Source: Alteromonas naphthalenivorans
Lineage (GTDB): Bacteria; Babelota; Babeliae; Babelales; CAIQNR01
Reading direction: 5' to 3'
Length of the DNA: 64,000 nucleotides
Assembly: GCA_047631715.1 (NCBI GenBank)
Contig: JBLICC010000001.1
Location: 20,012 to 84,011 of the forward strand
Shown here in pieces: positions 27,749-35,860 of this stretch; the stretch's first letter is position 1, and each line of letters starts with the position of its first letter. The position numbers were made by a program, and so were the translations under genes. The notes under the pieces are model-generated. The model was not told where the DNA came from and ran no database searches. It saw nothing but the letters and a program-made list of their open reading frames with translations.

Positions 27749-30700
27749 TTATATTTTCTCTATAAAGTTAAGGCTTACATTTGCTTCTCCGCCAGATCCA
27801 GCTGAAGTTATACCAGTTATAGTAATATCATCTCCTGGTTGCAAAATTCCAGAAGCAGGATCGTTTACAAGTGAAATATATTCGTTTCCTGTTTTTCCTA
27901 ATGCAAGTTTAAATAATAGAGTTCCTCCTGAAAATCCAGTAGCAGAAGTGTCTTTTTGAACAAGAGATGTATTAGTTTCTATATCAGCAAATGATGCTCC
28001 CACAAGATTAGAGTTTGCATAAAAGCCTAGAGTAATAGGTTTTGTATGGTCAACTGACATAGAGATAAAATTTAATTTTACGGGGTCTTTATTGATTTTA
28101 CTATTATATAAAAAACTGTTGCGTATGCTTAAAATAGGGCTTTCTGTTGTATCAATAGTAGTAGTTGTGGCAGAAACGCCTCGTACCACTCCAAAAGGGT
28201 TTGGTTTTCCTTCTATAAATCCCCCAATAGAACCAGATTTAAGAGTAAGATTTGTAGTGTTGCTATCATTTTTTACTTGATAAAAAAGTGGTAGAGTTGG
28301 GTTGTCTACACTTGGAGTTAGAGATGAATTTGAAAAGGCTTCAATATGGCATACCTCAAAATTACCTGTTGAAGCATTTTCTATAGCGTAGGTAATTGCT
28401 CCAAATCCTAACCATTGGTATCGTATTTGGTAAACATTTCCCTTAGTTGTATCAAGAGTTACTCCTCCAGATCCAGTACCATCAAATGTATCAATACTCC
28501 AGTTGGCTTGTGATGTAAATGTATCGGTTGTACCGGTTCCAACAAGTGTTGATGCAAAAGTTCCAGCAGCACTTGTTACATTTGGATCAGCAAGTGAATA
28601 GGATCCTGGATGTGAAGAGCTATCCCATGAAAGGAATAATACAGTATCATTCACAGCTTTTGCTGTCCATCCTTTGCCAACATCACTATAATCAGCAGCA
28701 GCAATTTCATTTGCAGTAACTGTTGTATCGGTACCACTGGTAACAGCAACGTCAGTTTTAATTTGGTTATCAAGTGTAATAGTTACATTGTCTGCTGAGG
28801 ATGCTTTTGAGCTTACAGTGAGTGTTCTTACTTCGGGTTGCCCCCCTGTTCTTCTACATACACCAAATTCGGTACCTTGATAACCAAAGAAAAATCCATT
28901 TTGAGTATCTCCAATTCCTACGTATTGATAAGAGTTGGCAACACCAGTTGTATAAAGAGCGGTAAACCTACAAAGAGCTCCTTCTCCTGGAGTGTAGGTA
29001 ACAGTGCTACGGGTTTGTGAAGTTGCACTAGATTCAGCAGCGGCTCCTGTTTGTAAGTTAATCATTCGATCTAATTGAGTGATTGCTCCGCTTTGATTTG
29101 TTCGGGAATCCATTCGAAGTGAATTTACATTATAGGCAAAATGTTCAACTACTTGTGCATGAGGTTGTGCAACTGCAAGTTCACCAAATGCAGTTACCGA
29201 CCCTTGTCCCTGAAGTTGTACACCGAGTGAATCATCAGGCCCAATTAATATATTTCTATAATCACCAGCTGAGTTTTTACCTACTAAAACAGATCGGCTG
29301 AGTTGTGCTTCCGAATCATCAGTTAAGCCGGTGTTTAGTCTGACAGTGTCTAAAATTCCGTTTACTTTAAGCGTAGCTTCTAAATAAAAATTTGCTTGTC
29401 CAGTGCCTCCATTTGTATATTTAACTCTAAAGCCATCTAAAGCGGTTGGTATTGTTATTTTTTTATAACCAGTGCTAATGTCTGTAGAGCTAAATGTATA
29501 CAATCGAGTAAATTGAATGGTTTGGCCTGTTTGAACATCATCAGTAAATTGAACTTCAATACCGTTTGTTGCAGAAATAACATCAGTTGTGATGAAAAGT
29601 TCAATAAAATTGAAACCATCAGTATCGGTCCATGCAGAGGTGTAAATAGCATTTGCAATTAGTGTAGTGGTTCCATCACTTACATTGTTAAATGCACTAC
29701 CATCTGCAGGTGTGTTTACAAAATCACCATCAGGTTGCTGACCAACTCCGATTGATCTTGTCAAGTTTGATGTCATTCCATTTACAATTGTTGAATTTAG
29801 TGTTAAAACTTGTGCCGATATAGATTTAGTATAAAATTCTGTTTCAAAGAAAAAATCTGTTGTGTCAGAAGACTGAGTATTTGCAAAGATATATCTAACA
29901 TAGGGACCAAAACTTGGTGCTCCTAAAAAGTCATAAGAATTAATAGTTGCGTAGGGAGGTGCTAATGTTCTGATGGTATCTGTTCCAGCAGAGTCTGAAT
30001 ACCATTGAAATCTCATTTGACCGGTATTTGAACATAAAATTTTTGTAGCTACTTCAGTGTATCCTTCTAATGTTAAAAGACCGCTTGAATAAGCCCCACC
30101 AACTACAGCGGCTGAAGCATGAGTTGCGGCAGTGGTACCAAAAGCACCACGTTCACTGATAGTAAGTGAAGTAGTCCCAGTCTTAGCAGTATAAGCAATA
30201 AATTCAGTTCCAATATAAATATAACCACTAGCAGCAAAACCAGATACATCGGTAAAAAGAGTTTGGGCTCCAGTGGCTCCAGATGCTAATTCTCCTGAAA
30301 GTGTTGTTCCACCTAAATTGGTAGTTGTTCTAAAAGCAGAACCATCTTGTTTTGTATTGGAATAAGCGCCTTGAGGTTCTTTACCCATACCTATCGCTCT
30401 TACAATGGTACTGTCAGAATCATCCCCAACAGTTTGGTTTAATGGTAAGTTTCCTTGTCGAAATACCCCATAATAAGTGTTTACACGAAAACTAGTTGTT
30501 TTACTGGCAGAACCGTTTTCAAATCTTATTCTAAAATATCGTTTTCCTTTTACCGCTGTATGAAATTCATGAATATTTGCAGCTACAGTAAATCCCGTTA
30601 CTGGAAAAGTATCCCAAAGTACCCCATCATTTGAAAAATCAAAATATTCAGTTCCTGCAGTATTACTTTTAAGACTTACCATCACATCTGGTTGTGTATT

Positions 30701-31393
30701 CAATTCAGATGCTCCGATGTAGACTCCGGTTACGGTAGCACCATCTTCATGAGTTGCTTCGGTTGAATTAAAAGCTCCTCGAGTGACTGTTAAATCATTG
30801 CTTGAAATATTGGTGATACTCATATATTCGGAATCTATTTTAATGGTTGTATTATTATCAAATACAGTAGCATCAATAACGGTGACTGTTGTATCGATAG
30901 CGCTTAATTGTCCGCCTTCATTTAAAGTAGTTTGTCCGCCAACATTAGTAGTTGAAGAATTACTTATAGATTGTATTCCAGTTGCGGGATTAGTTTCAGT
31001 CGGTTTTTCTGTATGAAGTAGTGTTTGTAGTCGAAAGGCAGTTTGTGCTACTGCATCATTGACATAACGAATTCTATAATATTGATTAAGTGTTAAAAGG
31101 GAGTGGTGGAGATCCTGTGTTAAATCATTTATTGCAAAACTTTTTGTTCTATCCCAGTTGATGTTGTCGGGAGAAAAATCCACATGTAAGGTTCCTGTTG
31201 CAGTAGATGGTGTTCCATAAGCAGTCACTAATATCGAAGAGAATTCGCTAGCGTTTGTACTTTCTCCGGTAAAAGTTGCATCTCCTGTTAGTGTTGCTGT
31301 TGTACTATTTTTAGTATCGATGAAACCTTGCCCGTTAATAGGGAGAATATAAAGTAAGCAAAGTGCTAAATAGAGAAAGAGTTGTTTTTTCAT
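27749..31393 (-). CDS. Secreted multi-jelly-roll protein (1214 aa): four discoidin-like domains, two RGAF-x-T-x-ATH mini-domains and the shared C-terminal module
   Basis: Signal peptide MKKQLFLYLALCLLYILPINGQG. Four domains with an (F/W)-S-x-D-x-x-W ... Y-(F/Y)-R-I-R-(F/Y)-x-N pattern lie at roughly aa 35-126, 235-310, 440-522 and 575-676. The linker R-(S/A)-(I/V)-x-x-G-x-x-P-x-G-x-(Y/F)-x-N occurs three times. AAGGA SD; 10-nt gap to the next gene. Confidence 0.6.
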   Translation of the reverse strand: MKKQLFLYLALCLLYILPINGQGFIDTKNSTTATLTGDATFTGESTNASEFSSILVTAYGTPSTATGTLHVDFSPDNINWDRTKSFAINDLTQDLHHSLLTLNQYYRIRYVNDAVAQTAFRLQTLLHTEKPTETNPATGIQSISNSSTTNVGGQTTLNEGGQLSAIDTTVTVIDATVFDNNTTIKIDSEYMSITNISSNDLTVTRGAFNSTEATHEDGATVTGVYIGASELNTQPDVMVSLKSNTAGTEYFDFSNDGVLWDTFPVTGFTVAANIHEFHTAVKGKRYFRIRFENGSASKTTSFRVNTYYGVFRQGNLPLNQTVGDDSDSTIVRAIGMGKEPQGAYSNTKQDGSAFRTTTNLGGTTLSGELASGATGAQTLFTDVSGFAASGYIYIGTEFIAYTAKTGTTSLTISERGAFGTTAATHASAAVVGGAYSSGLLTLEGYTEVATKILCSNTGQMRFQWYSDSAGTDTIRTLAPPYATINSYDFLGAPSFGPYVRYIFANTQSSDTTDFFFETEFYTKSISAQVLTLNSTIVNGMTSNLTRSIGVGQQPDGDFVNTPADGSAFNNVSDGTTTLIANAIYTSAWTDTDGFNFIELFITTDVISATNGIEVQFTDDVQTGQTIQFTRLYTFSSTDISTGYKKITIPTALDGFRVKYTNGGTGQANFYLEATLKVNGILDTVRLNTGLTDDSEAQLSRSVLVGKNSAGDYRNILIGPDDSLGVQLQGQGSVTAFGELAVAQPHAQVVEHFAYNVNSLRMDSRTNQSGAITQLDRMINLQTGAAAESSATSQTRSTVTYTPGEGALCRFTALYTTGVANSYQYVGIGDTQNGFFFGYQGTEFGVCRRTGGQPEVRTLTVSSKASSADNVTITLDNQIKTDVAVTSGTDTTVTANEIAAADYSDVGKGWTAKAVNDTVLFLSWDSSSHPGSYSLADPNVTSAAGTFASTLVGTGTTDTFTSQANWSIDTFDGTGSGGVTLDTTKGNVYQIRYQWLGFGAITYAIENASTGNFEVCHIEAFSNSSLTPSVDNPTLPLFYQVKNDSNTTNLTLKSGSIGGFIEGKPNPFGVVRGVSATTTTIDTTESPILSIRNSFLYNSKINKDPVKLNFISMSVDHTKPITLGFYANSNLVGASFADIETNTSLVQKDTSATGFSGGTLLFKLALGKTGNEYISLVNDPASGILQPGDDITITGITSAGSGGEANVSLNFIEKI

Positions 31394-31410
31394 TTAGTTA
31401 GTCCTTAATC

Positions 31411-32928
31411 TTAATAGGGGGTAATACTTATATTTTTAATAGTTGGTAGCGTTATACTTGCAAGGTCTACTATGTCTGTGTCTGCTATTACATTTGCTGT
31501 ACTGTAACTCAATGAATAATTATTTTGTGGTTGTGTTCCAATTGTATCTCTGTTGTTGAATGCAAAATTATATGCTAAAAGATTGATAGCGCTTGCTGTT
31601 GAATCTCTTATTCCTATACCTTTGTTTTTAGCATTACTGATGTTATTAGATACATTTGAATGTTCAATATAGATATTTGTAGTGGTGGATACCAGTTCTA
31701 TACCAATTCCAAATCCGTTAGTATTCCCATCATTTGAGAAAGAAGAGCAATTTGTAATAGTGGAAGTTCGTGTATCGTTACCTAGAATAAATCCTGCTGC
31801 AATGGAGCTTGGATTAGTACTTGCCAGTTGACCAAAAGTATTACAGTTTTTAAAAATACATCCCTTTGTAGCCCCTTTGGGAGTGCTCGTATCTCTCACT
31901 GTTCTAAATCCGGCAGCCTCCATTCCAAGGGTAGCATTGGAAACAGATTGTCCACTTGCAGTGCATGCTATAAATTGATTGTTAAAACAGGATTCTTGTA
32001 AAAATCCTGCAGCTGTAACACCCGAACTATTATTTGATGCTTTGCAATTTTCAACAATACTATTATTAGTATCATTAAAATAAAATCCTGCACCAGTTCC
32101 GGTTGTAACGCTTGATGCTGCATAGGTTGGCGAAGAAGCGTTTCCATTAGATATACAATTTTGTATTTGTGTAGTTGTACATGTTATGAGGTAAAATCCA
32201 GCTCCAATGAGATCGCCTTCGCAAAGAGAAGCACTTGAATTTTGAATAATTGGGTATTTGCAGTTATCAATGTAATAACCAACTCCCTGAAATGTTTTAC
32301 CAATATTGCGTACGCTATCGGTATGGCAATGTGAAATTGTTAAATGGTTGGTATAATTGGCGTAAATTCCATAAGCATTTTGTGTTTGAGGAACCGTAGA
32401 GAATGTTAAACAGTTGTCTATAACACAATGTGCAATTTCGTTTGGATCTACAGCACCGGCAAGGGTAATACCACCGGTAGTGGCAACGTTGTTGATGTTG
32501 CATGAGTTACATTCAACATTACTGATTTTAATATTATGAACGTTTTGATTAACTAAAATTCCGGATTTACCTACGCTGTAGATAGTTCCGTTTTTTATTT
32601 AGATATTATTCATATATTTAGCAAATTAAATGCCGTTCATACTGGAGTAAGTTTTACCTGTAATAGTATAGCCATTGAGGTCTACAGTAACGTTATTTGA
32701 ATTAATGAGAATTGTTCGAGTTGTTGAGACAGACGTGATGTCTTCGGTTAATACGTATATTCCAGGGCTAGTAATATTGAAGGTTTTCGCTAAAGTTTGT
32801 GCTCCAACTGCCATAAAATTACTTTTACTCACATAGGTAACAAGTTTTGATGATCCATATGATGCTGTTTGAGAAGTAAAGATGCAACTGAGGGTTAGAA
32901 TTATAAATATATCTTTAAATTTGTTCAT
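31411..32928 (-). pseudogene. Beta-helix paralogue of the 34361..35860 gene, inactivated by two in-frame TAA codons
   Basis: One reading frame runs the whole 1518 nt, apart from TAA at 32628-32626 (codon 101) and at 32601-32599 (codon 110). Both correspond to GAA (Glu) in the intact copy. ORF-track pieces 32626..32928 and 31411..31923 belong to this frame. Confidence 0.75.
32363..32865 (-). repeat. High-identity block shared with 35298..35800 (copy in the pseudogene)
   Basis: Constant offset of 2935 nt with no indels at three checked anchors. Only scattered substitutions by eye. Flanking signal-peptide and 3' parts diverge. Confidence 0.7.
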
Positions 32929-32954
32929 TATATTTTTTCTCTCTATGGTGACTA

Positions 32955-34334
32955 TTAAGTTGTAACATCGATATTTCCACGGTTATCTTTTAAACTAGAG
33001 CGGGAAGATTTAAAGTTAATCTGTTGTATAGAGTTCAGAGTTGAATGAGTGACGCCGTAATTTATAGCATTTCCAAAAGCTATGTTTGAAGCTAGAAAGC
33101 TTAATGAATTTTCTTCTTCTTGAATTCCCCAACTTCCTGCTGTTCCATGATTATAATACAGTTTATTTTCTTCGATAATGCATCTTGAGGTATTTATTAG
33201 ATGAATGCCATATCCTTTTCCTGTTCCACCGTTATTATAATTACAGGTGGAATGATCTACGATTACTCCGTAAGTATTAGAAAGTATAATTCCACAGCCT
33301 TTTGAGGTAGTTAACGAACCTCCGGTGTTGCCAAAAGAAGTTATGCGGGTAAAGCAATTACTGGTTCCTGTTGTAATACATATCCCAGATGCATTGCCTG
33401 TGGTGAGCACTTTTTGACACGAGGTTGTGCAATCAAATACTTGGTTATAACTTGCATTGGAATGAAAATAAATGCCACGAGAATTGGTGGCTGCCGTGTT
33501 ATAGAATGATGTACTGTTTTTAAAGGTATTTCCTTGTCCTCCTGAGCATTCTATGCCCGCCGCTCCCCCCACACTTGATGAGTTTCCATTTGTTTCTATG
33601 TTATCAACTTCAAATGCAATACAGTTGTTGAGGTGTAAGCCTGAAACGGTGTCTCCGGAATTGTTATTTATGGCACAATTATTGATAGAGCAATCTATGC
33701 AGTTGGTAGCCGTTATACCAAAAGCGTTATAGCCTGTTGGTGCACGAACTCCAATAAATGAACAATTGTGTACGGTAATGTTTTTATTAGAAGTTAAAGA
33801 TAATCCAAAGTTGTTTTTTTTATTTGTTAAACTTTTACCAGCAAAGCAATTATTAATAAACATGGTGTCTGTACCGGTTTGCACTTCAATACCGCCGCTG
33901 CGTGCTTGTGCAATAGTAAGATTATTAAGTGTAATATTAAAGCAGTTCTGGCCCATTATAATTGCTGTTCCGGTGATGTTATTAATATTACCGTTTTTAA
34001 TGGTTATGTTAGAAAGTCCATCGGCAATATTAATACCAGTTATATTCTTGTTAGAAGAGCCCGCATTTTTTTGTGAGAGGGTAAAATTTTGTAAATTGAT
34101 CGTTACATTATTGGAAGTAATATTAATGATTGTACCGGATGTAATAAAATCTACATTTGTTCCACTACTAAAATGATAGTTGCCAGGTTCATTAAGTAAC
34201 ACTGGTTTAAAAGATTGAGGAGCGATAAGCGCATATTTTAAAGGATTCGAATATATGATTTGGACTCCACGTGTTTGTCCGTAGCAAGGTGTTAATGTAA
34301 TGATTATATATATAATAAAATTATATTTTAACAC
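32955..34334 (-). CDS. Secreted right-handed parallel beta-helix repeat protein (459 aa)
   Basis: GTG start. Signal-like N-terminus. PGNYHF...IINITSNNVTINLQNFTL cap, then ~22-aa repeats (ITIKNGNINNITGTAII, ITLNNLTIAQARSGGIEV, INNCAINNNSGD...). C-terminus NIDVTT. Confidence 0.65.
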   Translation of the reverse strand: MLKYNFIIYIIITLTPCYGQTRGVQIIYSNPLKYALIAPQSFKPVLLNEPGNYHFSSGTNVDFITSGTIINITSNNVTINLQNFTLSQKNAGSSNKNITGINIADGLSNITIKNGNINNITGTAIIMGQNCFNITLNNLTIAQARSGGIEVQTGTDTMFINNCFAGKSLTNKKNNFGLSLTSNKNITVHNCSFIGVRAPTGYNAFGITATNCIDCSINNCAINNNSGDTVSGLHLNNCIAFEVDNIETNGNSSSVGGAAGIECSGGQGNTFKNSTSFYNTAATNSRGIYFHSNASYNQVFDCTTSCQKVLTTGNASGICITTGTSNCFTRITSFGNTGGSLTTSKGCGIILSNTYGVIVDHSTCNYNNGGTGKGYGIHLINTSRCIIEENKLYYNHGTAGSWGIQEEENSLSFLASNIAFGNAINYGVTHSTLNSIQQINFKSSRSSLKDNRGNIDVTT

Positions 34335-34360
34335 CTTATATTTCCTATATTTTAACCTTA

Positions 34361-35860
34361 TTATACATGAGCACTAGCAGCTATAAAGTTCCATCCTTTT
34401 GTATTTGATTGTGTACTATCATAAGTATCTAGATCTGTGCCATACGTAGGAACGGTATATTTGTTTGATGATAGTTCGGTACCTACTGGAGTTGTATTTG
34501 TATTGATATTACCAGCACATGTGTTTTCGAAGAAAAAAGTGTATGTATTAGCAATAACTTCATCTTCATGAATACCGAAAACTGAGCTAGTGCTGCCTGC
34601 AGTGTTAGAAAAACAATTATTCCCTTTAATAACGCACCGTAAAAGAGATGCTCCTGATAGATAAATGCCATATGCTGATCCGCTCATTCCATTATTACCA
34701 AAAGAAAGAGAGTCTTCGATTATACAGAATCGAGTGTCGCTTCCAAGTAAAAATCCCGCAGAGTTGGTTATAGAGCCAAGTGCTGTTTGGCCCATTGCAG
34801 TACAATTTTTAAATATACATGCAATGGTAGCACCTTTGCTTGCTGCTCGAGTAGTTTCAAATCCAGTAGCATTGCCTGTTGCAGATGTGGTACGTGTTTG
34901 GTTGCCATTTGCAGTACAGTGTAAGAATCTATTATTAACACATGAACTTACATAGAAACCAGATACGCTACCATTGCCACCATTGTTAATACTTTGGCAA
35001 TTATCAATGAGACTGTTGTTGGTATCTTCAAAGTAATATCCATATCCTGCTCCTAGTACTACATCTGCAGCATTTGTTCCAGATGATTCGCAGTTGATTA
35101 ATTGCGCACTTGTGCAGGTTAAAAGATAAAAGCCAGCTGCTGTTGTATCACCTTCAGATAGATAAGCAGAGGTATTTGTAATAATTGGATATTCGCTGCT
35201 TTTGATATAAATACCATAGCTACTAAATGTATTTCCAATATTTCGAACATTTTCTGCACGGCAGTTGTTAATGGTTAAATATTTTGCTTCGTTAGCATAA
35301 ATTCCATAAGCATTTTGTGTTTGAGGAACCGTAGAGAATGTTAAACAGTTGTCTATAACACAATGTGCAATTTCGTTTGGAGTTACAGCTCCGATAAGGG
35401 TAATGCCACCGGTAGTGGCAACGTTGTTGATGTTACATGAGTTACATTCAACATTACTAATTTTAATATTATGAACGTTCTGATTAACTAAAATTCCGGA
35501 CTTTCCTACGCTATAGATAGTTCCGTTTTTTATTTCGATATTGTTCATATCTTGAGCAACTTCAATGCCGTTCATACTGGAGTCAGTTTTACCTGTAATA
35601 GTATAGCCATTGAGGTCTACAGTAACGTTATTTGAATTAATGAGAATTGTTCGAGTTGTTGATACAGACGTGATGTCTTCGGTTAATACGTATATTCCAG
35701 GGCTAGTAATATTGAAGGTTTTCGCTAAAGTTTGTGCTCCAACTGTCATAAAATTACTTTTACTTACATAGGTAACAAGTTTTGATGATCCATACGATGC
35801 AGCTTGCGAAATATTCATAAAGCTTAAAGCCGCAATGATAAATAATATTTTTTTATTCAT
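34361..35860 (-). CDS. Secreted right-handed parallel beta-helix repeat protein (499 aa)
   Basis: Signal peptide MNKKILFIIAALSFMNISQA. Cap FNITSPGIYVLTEDI...ILINSNNVTVDLNGYTITG. PbH1-like repeats followed by an N-C-x-A-x-G-N ladder (LINCESSGT, IDNCQSINN, FLHCTANGN, FKNCTAMGQ). Its ATG directly abuts the upstream TAA (TAAATG at 35863-35858). Confidence 0.7.
   Translation of the reverse strand: MNKKILFIIAALSFMNISQAASYGSSKLVTYVSKSNFMTVGAQTLAKTFNITSPGIYVLTEDITSVSTTRTILINSNNVTVDLNGYTITGKTDSSMNGIEVAQDMNNIEIKNGTIYSVGKSGILVNQNVHNIKISNVECNSCNINNVATTGGITLIGAVTPNEIAHCVIDNCLTFSTVPQTQNAYGIYANEAKYLTINNCRAENVRNIGNTFSSYGIYIKSSEYPIITNTSAYLSEGDTTAAGFYLLTCTSAQLINCESSGTNAADVVLGAGYGYYFEDTNNSLIDNCQSINNGGNGSVSGFYVSSCVNNRFLHCTANGNQTRTTSATGNATGFETTRAASKGATIACIFKNCTAMGQTALGSITNSAGFLLGSDTRFCIIEDSLSFGNNGMSGSAYGIYLSGASLLRCVIKGNNCFSNTAGSTSSVFGIHEDEVIANTYTFFFENTCAGNINTNTTPVGTELSSNKYTVPTYGTDLDTYDSTQSNTKGWNFIAASAHV
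35298..35800 (-). repeat. High-identity block shared with 32363..32865 (copy in the intact gene)
   Basis: See 32363..32865. Confidence 0.7.

Noticed and set aside
32315-32503. 62-aa ORF-track entry on the minus strand within the decayed beta-helix gene.
   Set aside because: It is out of frame relative to the continuous 1518-nt paralogue frame, which aligns codon-for-codon with 34361..35860.
31411-32928. Stop-codon readthrough or an alternative genetic code as the explanation for the two in-frame TAA codons.
   Set aside because: TAA terminates many well-supported genes in this window (rpmE, prfA, several cluster genes) at positions that give normal protein lengths. Pseudogenisation or a sequencing error is more economical.
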